Source: Rhizophagus irregularis (lineage: Eukaryota). Taken from it: a stretch of DNA of 64,000 bases. Location of the stretch: the NCBI RefSeq assembly GCF_026210795.1, contig NC_089433.1, positions 2,666,001-2,730,000 of the forward strand, read 5' to 3'. The notes under the pieces were generated by a model that was not told the origin of the DNA, did not search any database, and saw only the letters and a program-made list of their open reading frames with translations. Made by a program: the position numbers and the translations under genes. Positions within the stretch are counted from its first letter, which is position 1. Each line of letters begins with the position of its first letter. This document shows, one piece after another, positions 14,280 through 27,450 of the stretch.

Positions 14280-15876
14280 GACTGAAATTTAGTGTTAGAA
14301 ATTGTAATTCAAATAAAATTTTTAATGATTCATGACAATAAATGTTTTAAAATAAAATAACCATTTGGAATAACGGTGCTGTATCCACACAAAATTTTTC
14401 CTTTAAAAAAAAAGATTTTTCTCAGACACGTAATAAAATCTTCATTAATTCGTTATATATAAATAGTAAATTTATACTTTGTGATAACAAACGTTTACTG
14501 CTCTTTATTTGCAATAAAATTAGGACCAGTATTTACCTGCATAAAAATTTTTGAAATTAGTGATAACAAGAGAAATGATAACTCCTAAAGAAGAGAGCTT
14601 GTGTTACGGTAAGATTATATAAAGTGAATCTATATACCGAGAAGATACAGCTACGAAAATGAGCAAAGTATTAATTGATAAAAATTTTTTTGCCGCTTAC
14701 CTATTTTATTTTGTATCAAAACAACACGTTTCTTAAGATAATAAGGATAAGGGTAATAAGAAAATGATTTTATTTCTATGCGAAAAAAATCACGCCATTT
14801 ACTTGTCTACTCGTCCGTTCAGTCATTGTGGACAAATTAGTATCAAAAATGAAACATCTTATGCCACGTGGCAAATGTTGGATAATCGATCCGATTTTGC
14901 CTAATACTTTTAACTATATACGGTACACGGTTTGTACAATATAAAAACAAGTTTATGTTGCTATTTATTTTACTGATTGTTATTTTTAGTATCTGACAAA
15001 TATTACAATGATTTGTCAAGTACAAATAAGTCCCATTTTCGCATGTTTGAGTAAGATAATGTCAATGACAAAGTACTAAGGAGCACAAGAAATCCAAAAA
15101 ACATATGAGATCTCATCTGAAATATTGAGAAGGTGCAACAACCAAGGAAGATATCAAGCATCAGAATGCCAGGTAGTAACAGATTGTTTTCTGTAGTGAA
15201 TGTGGAGAAGGTATTTGGAAATCAAGAAAGGATAAATGAAAAGAAAAAGATCTGTTACACAAGAGTTAGTTCAGAGAAGATAGGCAATGTAAATACCTCT
15301 GGAGTGAGTGCTGGAAGAAGGAAATTTTTTTCAAAACAATCATTTGATTCAAAAAAAATTTTTGTTGATTTGGTCCCTTTTTTCAGCAATTATCCTAAAT
15401 GTCCAGACTTTGAATTCATCAAATATATTTAGGTCTTAACTGGAAATGCAGGGTTTTACATCCATTTTGGAATAATTGTATTAAAGAGATATTAAGAAGG
15501 TTGTTATCTATAAGGATCAGCTCTGCTACTTTAGGTAGATATATAATAAAGTTCTTTAAAATAATGCAGAAATAAAATCACTAAAATAAGTAGTATCATA
15601 TAAAAGTGCTATTTAAATAATAAATGCTTTACTAAAGAATTTTTATAAGTAAAAAAAACTTTTAGAAAGGTATATTTATATTATAATATTTCAAATTTTG
15701 ATTTGTATAAGACTTGTATAAACTTACATAATATAAATAATATAGGCTAAACAATTAATAGGATATATCCTATTGTATAAATAGACTTGACTTATTAAGA
15801 ATATTATTTATATGCAATCTGATAATTAATAAATACATACAAAATTAATTTTGAATAAAGTATTGATTAAAGAAAC

Positions 15877-16865
15877 AGGACCCCGGACATCACATATATA
15901 ACTCATAACCGATCTGCATGAATTTAGCACTCTTTGCTCCTGCTAAAATAGACCTAATTTGCTAAAAATCAAATTATCACATTTTAAATCTATACTAATT
16001 TGCTAAAACTCAAAATATGAGTTATAGTAAAATTTTAAATAATATAGGTTTAAATTTGCTTAATAAAATATAATTTCAGTTTATTAAAATTATTTGTAGA
16101 TTGGTAAATTTAATTGTTAATTAACAATCTTTTTTTTTATTATCAATAAAAAAAATAAATAATTAATAACAACTGACTTTTTGCCAAAAAAGACCCTTTT
16201 TTATTTTCAGTTTTTTGCAATTATCTCGGCATCCAGTGATCTGATTCATGCGGATTTTTTTTATTTTGTAGAACTCGATGAGGGCTACAAAACAAAAAAA
16301 AGTTCGCATAAATTGGACCACTGGATGCCGAGATAATTGCGAAAAACATGATTTTTTTTGAAATTTAGGCCAATTTGCTTCTCTGAGTTATATATGTAAT
16401 GTCTGGGGTCCTATATAAATTAAACTGTCAATTTTTATAATTTATAATTAAAATTATGTAGATTATAGATAAGATAATAATTAATAAAAATAATAAATTA
16501 AATATAAATAATTATTAAAAAATAAAATGTTGCGAAACTCATCGGACGGTTTTTGGCCTGCATTATGCTTAATTTTGGCCGGAATTATACTTAATTTTGG
16601 CCAAAATATAACCCGGACCCCGAAACTAATATTTTTAAAAATATTATCTATAAAAGTTAAAAAAAAAGGATAAGTTAAATTTAAAAAAAAGTACCAATTT
16701 GCTCAAATATAAAATATGACTTTGTAAAATCAACACAATTTGCTAAAACTCATAATTATGACTATTAATTAATTTTCAATCAATTTGCAATTATGAGTTT
16801 AACCTAATTTTGATTGAATTTGCTAAAACTCAAATGTGAGTTATATAAGTGATGTCTGGGGTCCT
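15877..16865. mobile_element. Non-autonomous TIR element, AGGACCC family copy 1, with an extra internal right end at 16384-16412
   Basis: Left end AGGACCCCGGACATCACATATATAACTCA; right end TGAGTTATATAAGTGATGTCTGGGGTCCT; flanked by AAAGAAAC at 15869-15876 and 16866-16873. Confidence 0.85.
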
Positions 16866-17249
16866 AAAGAAACTATCTTAATCCTTAAAAAAGAAATAGA
16901 AGTGAATATACATTTCTAAAAAGTATTATTATTTTAAAACAATTACTAGTGATTAATAATATGATTAACATAATTATAAATTACTTGAGATATTATTTTT
17001 ACTTATATATTTCCATTTTTTTAGACATTATTATTAACTAAAATGATGTTTGTAAAAAGTAATTTTACTAGATTAAGTATTCATATATTTATAACAGATT
17101 ATGATTCTAATAGTCAATTAATTAAATGAAGTAATAGTAATATTGACAAAATATTCAAATTGCTCAAGAAATATAATAAATTACAGAGCAATAAAAATCT
17201 TGCTTTAAAAAAAATAAACAAAAGAAAGATTGAAAAAATGCTATAAATC

Positions 17250-19700
17250 TAGGGATGTTAACAGTTTATGATTGGATGGTTCAAACCGCAGTTTGATCAT
17301 AGGACCAGTTTCGGTTCAGTTCAAACGTCAAACCAAACTGAGACCGAACCGATAGAAACCGGTTTAGTGAACCGGTTTTAGATCGGTTCAATTAACGGTT
17401 ACGTGTATCTGCATGCGTAACTTTTTACAATAAAAGAATAACGGATTTTACATTCTTACATTTTTTTATATCACCTTGCATTATTACAACTATGTCGGGA
17501 GTTTTTGAAAATGACGATAATAATTTATCAGATGATTCCTTAGCATCTGATGATGAAAGAATTATAAATAAGAAATTGTCAGCAGATGTTTGGGAGTTTT
17601 TTCAAAAAATTCAAGATGAGGAAAGTTGGTTAATTACAAACTATAAGTGTATTTTGTGTGCAAAACTTTATTCACCTGGTAATCCAACATCTACACTTCG
17701 ACGTCATTTAACTAAAAAACATCCATCACATTATAAAAAACCTGAAACCCACCAAACTACTTTACGTTTTAAACCTTACTCTCCATCAAAATCTAAACTT
17801 ATCACAGATTCTTTGGTTGATTTTGTTGCAACTGATTTGCAACCTTTTACCATTGTTGAAAATCCTGAATTCAAATTATTAATTAATAAATTGAATCCCC
17901 ACTATATTTTACCTTGCAGACAAACCTTAAAGGAAAAATTCATAGAAAATTATAAAATGAGAAAAAATGTGTTAATTAATGAAGTCTCACAAATTAACTC
18001 AAAAATCTCTCTTACTACTGATATTTGGACTTCAGAAATCTCAAAAAATTGTTATCTTGGAGTAACAATGCATTATATTAACAACAATTGGGAATTAAAA
18101 AATCTCTTACTTGATTTAATTCCTGTAAATGGTTTTCATACAGCTGGGTTAATTACTAGCAAGCTTTTACAAATTCTTGAAGAGTTTAGTATCAGTAATA
18201 ATATTCTTGCATTAACTACGTACAACTGGAAGCAACATGATAGCATGTGGTAATCAACTAGCAACTGAATTAGATCAGGAGTTTAATAATATGGCTTTTA
18301 CTCATTACAGATGCTGCTGCACATATTATAAATTTAGCAGTAAAAGCAGGAATAAATCATGTTGGAAATGAAATCAAAAAACTTCATCAATTTGTTGTTA
18401 AAATCAAGAATTCACCATTATTTTTGGATAAATTATCAGAAATTTGTACCCTTAAAAAAGTTAAATTTCTTAAACCAATTTTAGATATAGACATTTGCTG
18501 GAATTCCACATATTTTATGATTAATAGACAAATCTTAATGCAGGGTGTTTCAGAATTACTTGCAACAACAAATGTTGAAGAACTTGGAGATTTATTTCCA
18601 ACAATATCTGAATGGCGACATATTAAGGTATTTTTTATTTTATAAATTATTATTTATTTTATTTTATAATTATATATTTATTAATTATTATTTTTTTTTT
18701 TACAGGAATTAGCAAAGGTATTAGAAGCCCATGTATGAAGCAACCAATTTATTATCATCATCAAAAAATCCTACACAAGGTGATATAAGATTGGTTTTTA
18801 ATGGAATGTTTAAAAAATTGGATCATTATCAAAGAGGAAATCACCATACACAAAAGGCAATAGCATCAGCAATTTGTAATAAATTGAAAGCCTATTGGGA
18901 CAAATATTTGAATCAATCTTTCATTACTTCTTCAATATTAGATCCACACTACAAAACCACATTATTTAATCATAATGATATAACTGAAATTATTAGTAAA
19001 TTACAAGAATTATATTTGTCATATTTACCCTTAAATAATCAAACCATACCATTAGCACCAGCACGACCATCTCGTGATTATTTTCTTAATTTACTTAATC
19101 CAAATAATATTCGTCGAAGTATCGTACTTGATTTGAATTAGATTGATACTTAAATTCTCCAGTAGATAGTAATACAGGTTCTTTAATTTGGTGGAAACTT
19201 ATGAAAAGGATTACCCAGTACTTATATCAAATAGCTAAGGATTATTTAACAATCCAAGAACGCATCGTTCCATCAGAAAGCGGGCATTTTCATTTCGGGA
19301 TTAACTATTTCAAAAACTAGAAATAGGTTAGATCCTGAAACGGCAAGGGCAATTATATGCATGAAAAATTGGATATCGGAAAAAGAAAGAATGGAAAATT
19401 GAATCAATACTTGCAATATGTCTTTTTTTTTCCTTTTTTTTTACATTATGTGAAATTTTGTTGGTAATTTTTTTTCTTATAATAAAAAATTTTTTGACGA
19501 TATATGATATATTTAAATTCATGATCTGCATTACACAATTTTGTATAAAATACTATAAATATCCGGTCTAAACTTCGGTCTAAACTTCGGTCTAAACTTC
19601 GGTTCAAACTCTGGTTCTAAACCTATAACGGTTTGGTTTTGTACTCAAACCACCAGTTTTTGGACCAAAAACTGGATGGACTGAACCGTTAACATCCCTA
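17250..19700 (+). mobile_element. hAT (Ac-like) DNA transposon, both ends present
   Basis: TIR TAGGGATGTTAAC(A/G)GTT at both ends; perfect 8-bp TSD TATAAATC (17242-17249, 19701-19708); AACCG/CGGTT-rich subterminal repeats, including CGGTCTAAACTT x3 near 19565. Confidence 0.95.
17492..19402 (+). pseudogene. hAT transposase with BED zinc finger, frameshifted
   Basis: VWEFF...CILC...LRRHLTKKH (BED), DLQPFTIVE, SLTTDIWTS, CWNSTY, ILDP and remnants of the C-terminal dimerization domain. One intron at about 18628-18705 and several indels. Confidence 0.9.
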
Positions 19701-20806
19701 TATAAATCATACAATAAATCTGCAATTTGATAGATAAATGTCATCACCAGTTGACCTGATAATTATGTTAAATTATAAGATCATTTTACTTTCTAAATTA
19801 AAAGATGCTTAAAAATAAAAAAAATCTAATTGAGAATAGCACATGTAATACTAATCTGGTTGTATTTTAAATTTAAATATTCTTTTTATACAAGTTAAGA
19901 GGAATATAATATGACTAATTCTATTTAATTATATTAGATTTAATTTCAAAAGTCAGTTCTAACTCAAATAATATGATATTTAACCAATCAAATATATTAA
20001 ATATCTTTTATATAACTAAATATTTTAAATTCTAGTTTATTGGTTATTTGTATATTATTATAAAATAAATATAATGTTTTTGTTTTCAAATTAGTACCTT
20101 TTATAAAAAGAAATTAATTTTAAAATATAAAATTTTTTTGCATTTTTAGTAGAAAAAAGTTTATTATTAGTAATTTTTAAAAAAAACTTTTTTAATTATT
20201 CTTAAAAATTTGTGTAAATATTTTTTTAAAAAAATTAAAATTATTTAAATATAGTAATTAAAAATTTTCCAAATTCTTTTTTATTTCTATATAACTAATA
20301 ATATAAAGTAAAATTAATTCATTATGAAATTTTTAAGATTTAGTAATAATTAAATTTTTAATGATTTTTATATTATTTAATTTATTTTATTATAACAAAT
20401 TAAATAATAGTAAAATCATTTATTGTATATAATTGAAAAAAATTTATAAATCTCTTTAAATTTTATAATAAAATTTAATAATTTTTAATAAATTTCAATA
20501 ACTTTTTATTATTAAATTATAATAACTATTAATATAATTGAATTATCATTATTGATAATTTAAAGTATATAAAATAAAAAAATTGTTTGATGTAATAATC
20601 ATAACATAATTTTATTTATTGAATTTTTACATATAAGTCACAGTTTTCATTTTAAAAAGAATGATTCTTAGAAGTAAAAAATTTAATTTAGGATTGTGTA
20701 AAATTCCTAAGAATTAGAAAATTTTTTTAGGAAAAATACAAGATTATTATTAAATTTTACCTTTTTTTTTATTTACCTATATAGGGATCAATATTTTATT
20801 ATGGTA

Positions 20807-21225
20807 CAGTCAACTCTCTTTATAATCACACATTCCAGTTCATATTTGGTGATTATAAAGAGATGTGACTATATAAAAAATTTCTTATATTTGTATATCA
20901 TAATTTCAGCCAAAAATTAACATAATTTTGGCCAGAATTATACTTAAAACTTTATTGTATTGTAATTCTGATAATATTAATTGTAGAGAGATGATCTTAT
21001 TACTACCATTCAATTTATCTTAATGAGACAGTTCTAAATTACTACCATTCGATTTGTCTCAGTAAGACAATTCTAATAAGCTATGGTACATCTTTGTACG
21101 ATTATTAGATGCTAAGTTATTTAATATATCCTTTATATAACTGTGATTATAAATGGTTCTTTTTAATATAAGATTTTTAAAAATAGGTGTGATAGTGATT
21201 ATAGATAAATTGTAACTATATAGGA
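20807..21225. mobile_element. Degenerate Tc1/pogo-like MITE remnant
   Basis: TA|CAGTCAACTCTCTTTATAATCAC end followed by repeated inverted copies (GTGATTATAAAGAG, GTGACTATA). No intact right TIR found, so the right boundary is approximate. Confidence 0.45.
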
Positions 21226-21540
21226 TATATAGATTTTAATAATAAAATATATTCATAAACATAAACTTCTAAAATACTTCACTCAACTAGCAAATGTTCC
21301 CGATAAGCTAGAAAGTTGTGAGAATTATGAAACTTATATATGGCATAAAATAGTAGAATAGAAAAAAAAGGGTAACAAAATAAAAATATAAAGAAATAAA
21401 ATTTAAATTAAGAATAAAAATTGAAATAAAATAAAATAAAATTAAATAAAAATTAACAAAAATTCCAACTATTAACTAATTTAAATATGATAAAACTAAA
21501 AATATAAATAACCTAATCCAACCAAATTAAATGCCTATAT

Positions 21541-22097
21541 AGGACCCTGAATAATACTAATACTAATATAACTCACAAGTAAACTTTAAGTACTGAAGTA
21601 AAAATACATTTTATGACATAAGGTTGCTTGTCTAAACCTCTTCAAAATCCTACGATTAGTTTCGTCAAAATTTTACTATAGATTTATTATAGTTTCAGCA
21701 GAGTTTCGGCAGTTTCGGCATTTATAATAAGTTTCGGCAGTTTCGCCTTTCTCCAAAGTTTCGCCAGTTTTTTAATATAACTTTAATATAGTTTCGGCAG
21801 AATTTCGCTTTTTGGCGAAACGCCATCTTGCCTAAAACCCCGTGCTTTACAAATCCTTATTATGACATAACTCTGTCAATATTGAAACTAGGAATTCGAT
21901 TTTATTATCATTAGAATCCTCTCATCAAGACAAATATAAATTTTATTAAAATTGAATTACTGGTTATATTAAAAATAGGAGGTACATAGGATAACAAAAT
22001 TTTGAAAATATCCCTGTAATACACAACTTTTGAAAAATTTTTATATAAACTCTACACAAACTCAAATATGAGTTGTATCAGTATTATTCAGAGTCCT
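21541..22097. mobile_element. Non-autonomous TIR element, AGGACCC family copy 2
   Basis: Left AGGACCCTGAATAATACTAATAC; right GTATCAGTATTATTCAGAGTCCT; TSD GCCTATAT at 21533-21540 and 22098-22105. Confidence 0.85.
21619..21859. mobile_element. Nested hAT-like MITE
   Basis: TAAGG...CCTTA ends flanked by 8-bp TTATGACA duplication (21611-21618, 21860-21867); many internal GTTTCG(G/C)C repeats. The TIR match beyond 5 bp is poor. Confidence 0.7.
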
Positions 22098-23727
22098 GCC
22101 TATATTAAAATAATAATTCAAAAATAAAGATTTATAAACTTAAAGTAGTATAAAGTATTTATCAATATATAAATTAAGTTGAAAATACATTAAATTTAAT
22201 GAATCTTAAAAGTATTGCTTAAGTGTGTCTAGCAGTGAAATATACTCAAAGGTGTATATAGATTAGAACCATTTAAGATGATAATTGAATCTTCATTATC
22301 ATCTTCATTAGATACTTTTATATGTTTGTCAGTTATATTAGCCACAGATCTATGATTACGAGTGAGAGAATATTTATCCTGAATGGTAATATTGCATGAT
22401 TATTTCTATTTGATAATACGGTTATATCTATCTTTTCATAAATTATTTTTAAAAAGAATGATAGATGCATTTGGTAAGCTTTAAGCACTTAATCGCATAC
22501 TTCTAATTCATGAGTTGAAGATTTTTTTGCAGATGTAAAACTACAGCAAAATTTTACCTTTTAATTAATTTTAAAAACATTAAATAATAATTAAATTCAG
22601 AAAATTTATCTAATAATTAGATTATAATAATTTTTATACTATTTGATCTATTTTTTTTTTAAAAAAAAAATTAATTTAAATGCATTACTTAATATAATTT
22701 AATATATATATTAATATATAAAAATAATATATATGAAAGCTTAAATGCATGAAAATGCATGAAACTAATTAAATTATTAGAAAGGTCAATAAATATAATT
22801 ATAGTAAATAAAGTTATAATACTTTTCTATATATAGTATTTCTTTAAAAAAGAAATTACATTTTTTATTGATCTTATTATTTAAATAATCCAATAAATAT
22901 TTTAAGTATGATATATAATAATATTCAAATATCCTTTATTGATAGTAAAAATTCACATATATAATAAGGGAATACAGGGTCAAACTTCCAAAATTTGCAA
23001 AATATCCGAAATATTATAATTTATGTCTTATAATATATGATATATTTAATTAGTTATTATTAATAGAATAAATATTATTTATGGATTTTTTTTATATTTT
23101 ATATAATATAGTAATGAACTATTTATTTATTATGCTAGATAATTGTAAAAAAAAATTATGAATTTGAAAAATTTTAATTACTTTTTATTAAAATGGATTT
23201 CATATTCTATTTTTGAGTTATTATATTTACAGTTTAATAATAAAATAAAAACCAATAATTATATTAATTTAAGAAAATTGAATAGGATAATATTCAAATA
23301 TTAGTTTAATGAGATTTGTTTAAATATTGAATTTAAAAGGTTTATACAATTTATATTTAAATGGTTATATTATAAATAATTCCACTTTTAAGAAGAGAAA
23401 TTACAAGATTTAGTATAGTTAAACTTATATAAAAAAAAAATTAATGCATTATTATGGTTTTTTACTACTAAACATATTTTAGGTCTATAGGTAGTTGAAT
23501 TTTTAGTTATATATTAAGAAATTTTATAAAATATGCATAAGTATAAATGAGATTTTTTTTTTTATTGCTACCCCACAATTTCATATGGCTGGTGTGGCTG
23601 ATAAAAATTTAATGTTTGTGTAATACAAATTTTAGTAGGATTTGAAAATTTCAAATTTTTTAATTCCCCCTTTCACATAAACTTTCCTAAAGCTTGGTGT
23701 TCATTCGGAACGGACCATAGCACCAAA

Positions 23728-26700
23728 ATGCCAGGCGAAACTTTGAATAACCAGTCAAACTTCAATAAGCAGGAAGTTTCTCTGTACGCTCACTTATACG
23801 AAAAATATGTTGAAATCAAAAATGTCGTAAGTATTTGTTACTTTTTAAGTAGAACATTTGTAGTTTCTTGTTGCTATACTTTTATAGTGAAAATCTATTT
23901 TATTAGGATGGTACGGTCGAAATAACTCCAGACAAATATAATTGGCATAACGGTAAGTTATTAATGAAGAAATTTGAATATTTCCTCGCTTCAGGTTTTG
24001 AATTTAAGACTATTTTTAGGCGGTGTCGTACTCGAGTACGTCGATTGTCGTCCTCGGCCCACTTGTACAGGCAAAAGAATCTTATTAAGACAAAATACAG
24101 CCTCTCTCTGGGACGATGTATTAAGAATTAACCAGGACGCAGGAGGCACCTTAACGCAAGAAATGGCGATCCAAGTTGAGTCACAATTGCTGGTAAAATT
24201 CCTTAATATAATTATTGTGAATATTATATGTTCATGGTAAAGAATATGGCAATTATATTTTTATTATAGCTAGCCATGCATCCCACAATCGACTTGGATC
24301 CAAATTCGACGTTACAGGACATGAAGAGGTATGATCCTGCGGACGGACCAGTGGAGCCGGTACATCGCGAACTTAGAACGAGGAAGCGTAAGTTAAACTC
24401 ATACGAGCTCGAACAAGAAGCGGCCAAAAAAGCTAAAAAGGAACAGATGATGTTCATGATGGATGAGGTAAATTTTTATCTCATGTATGATTGCGTGTTA
24501 CATAAATCATAAACTTACTTATTCTGTTTTAGCGACATGGAAGAGAATTTAAGCCTACGTTTAAACTTCTCCCTTACTTCAAGAGAAATAGGAATAAAGT
24601 TTCTACTGTCGGTAAAGGCAAACAACGTGCTGACACTGAGGCCGAACAAGGTATATACACAATTATTTGTTTGTAAACTTCATAATGATGTGAACTTCAT
24701 AATAATGAATAGCATGATCATACCTTGTTGTATTTTAATGTTCATATAGGCCGAGGTTCGTCCAAAAAGTCGGGTCGAAAACTCGTCCGACTATTAAGGT
24801 TTGAACGAAGCTTTACTGACGAGAATGGTTGGTTTCTTATTAATTTTTTCTTTTTTATAAATAATATTGGCAATTAAATAAAATAATATTTTCTTAGATA
24901 AGACATATAAGCTTTTCACATTGCTTAATATATATCAAGATGTTAATGGACAACATGAAGCAATATGCCACTCGATTAGCGAAAAGGACCTTCGCAGTGA
25001 AGGTAAGTATAATAGTTTCATGCAAACGATAAATGCGATGAGCGAAAGCAAAGAATATAAAGTAGACGATAGTCGGGCTACATTTAGGTATTTAAGGGTT
25101 TTTTTATTATAAATAATTTGTTATTTACGTATATTTATAAATAATTTGTTATTTACGTATATTTATAAATAATTTGTTATTTTTAAAATTCAGAAACGAA
25201 CTCGGGAATGCTGAGGCTTACAAAGCTTTTATAAAGTCATTTGTCGTTCTTTACTCGATCGATAATAATTTAAAATTTGATTCTGAGAGGGTTGATAAAG
25301 TTCCGGTCGAGATGCTGACTGAAGTAACGACTGAATTGACAAGCCCGCAAACGGAAATGAAATTTGATAACATGTCACCCTACGAAATCATCGAATATTT
25401 ATGTCAGCAATCAGATACTGGGATGACAACAAATTCTAATGAAGGAGCCAAGGATTTATCCGTCGCTGACTTATATAACGCTGCAGCAAAAAAAGCTTTG
25501 CAAGCCAAGCCATCCGTGAGTGCACCGGTAAACCAGGATCAGAGCCTTATGTCACCACCGCAAAGACGACGGAATTCTCAGCGTTCAAGACAGACGACGA
25601 CAACTCAAGCACAAGCTTCAACTCCTAATCCACAATTCCTGATGCAAACAGGAAATCAAACACCCACGCAACAACAAATCTCGCAGGCACAGATTCAACC
25701 ACAAGTAATGACGACTTCACAATCTCCAAGTCAAAGGCCAATACAAAGTCCAGCTCTCATTCAGCCAAATTTCTCGAGTCAAGTGCCACAATCATCGGCC
25801 GAAGGAACTCGTCCAATTCAACAAATTCCTATTGCGGGAGTTCCTATCCAACTTTCGAATGGCCAGATGTCGTTACAACAAGTTCCATTAATGCAAGGAC
25901 AACCCAACGTCCGGCAACAAGGACGACCAATAGGTCCTGTACGCATAGTACAAAGCATTTCAAACCTTACGCATGCTACTCAAGTAAATGCAAGACCTGT
26001 TACCAATCAGAGTGTCGCTCAAGGAACAACAATTCAAAATACGATTACAAGTCCATCAATGCAAAAAGTTCTTCCAGTTAGAAGAACAACGCAAGGGCAA
26101 TCACAGCAAGTGAATGTTCCGGCACAACAAACTGCGCAAATGAACATTTCACCTCAGGCAAATTCTACTCAAATGAATCAAGTACCACAAATCAATATTC
26201 CAACACAGCAAACTGATCCTAGAGTCTCTCAGTTGAATATACAAAACCAGATTAATCAAGTGCAGTCGGCTGCACAAATAAGTATTCCTACACAAGTTGA
26301 TCAGATCAATATACAGACAACACCGAGGATTAATCCTGGACGAGTTACTCAGATAAATTCGCATCAGACGCGGTCTACACCTCAAATTAATATTCCCGCG
26401 CAAGTATCTGACCAAATGCAGACTACCCCACGCATTAATCCAGCACAGGTCCCACAGGTGAATGCTGCTGATCAAATGAACGTCCATATTCTTCAGATGA
26501 ACCGAGTGAATCCTCGAATGATGCAGCCAACTGACCAAAACATTTCTCCACAACGAAATAATATTGTTAATCGGCCACCACTAAACATTCAACAGCAGCA
26601 ATATCTTCAGCATCTCGCAGCTATGCGAATACCAGCACAACAAATTCGTGCTAACGGATTTATCAGACACCCAGCAGTAATGAATATGCAAGGTTCGATG

Positions 26701-26997
26701 CAACAACCATTTATGCAAGTGGGAATCCCGATACAAGGTCAATTGTTGCCAGGACAGCAGCAAAATGGTATTAGACCGCAAGCGCGTTCGCAATTCAATA
26801 TACGACCTATATACATACGGCAAAATGTGGCAAATATGGGAAATGTTCCAATGATTCCACAACAAGTAGCGGCACAACAATTAATGAATGGAGGAGGTCA
26901 ATGGATTTTTCAGCAAAACCAAAACCAACCACTTCAGCAACCACCAAATCCTCAAAATTCTTGGAATAATAATGGCAACGTAAGTGGTAAACAATAA
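23728..26997 (+). CDS. Spt20-like (SAGA) protein with long Q/N/P-rich C-terminus
   Basis: GGVVLEYVDCRP...RILLRQNTASLWDDV...IQVESQLLLAMHPTIDLDPN resembles the Spt20 SEP domain; 8 exons, the last one about 600 codons of low complexity. Confidence 0.7.
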
Positions 26998-27450
26998 AAT
27001 TTTTTTTTCTCGTTTAAAAAACGAGAACAATTTTGAGATAAACGAAATTATAATTTTAGTGTTAGGAATTAATTATATAATATAATTTATTGAAGAGATA
27101 TGCGCTATTGTATAACAATCGTTAAAGGCGGTATATTTCTTCTGGATTCTGTAAATATTTTTGTATTATGTTGAGTGTATGTATATAAAAACAGAAATCA
27201 AATTCTTTTGAGTGTATACGAATGGCATACACAATCATATATGTTAATAATTTTAATATATTTTGGGGGAGTATTGTTGCGCTTCAGTGTCTCCATTAGT
27301 AATATGAACCTTTTCTTAGATTTATTTAAATGGCAACTAAATTAAGTACAAAGTGTTATTAAAATTTATCATAAATGGAAAGATATTTGCTATCTCAATA
27401 GAAAAATAAAATGTTTTCAGTTATATCTTATTTAATTATAATTTCTAGAT

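Noticed and set aside
25108..25185. Short tandem duplications (28-bp in an Spt20-like intron, 16-bp at about 51920, 12-bp at about 28529)
   Set aside because: Ordinary slippage repeats with no sign of function.
26149..26880. Minus-strand ORFs inside the Spt20-like last exon, and the overlapping ORFs at 60627-62057
   Set aside because: Shadow frames of low-complexity or repeat coding sequence.
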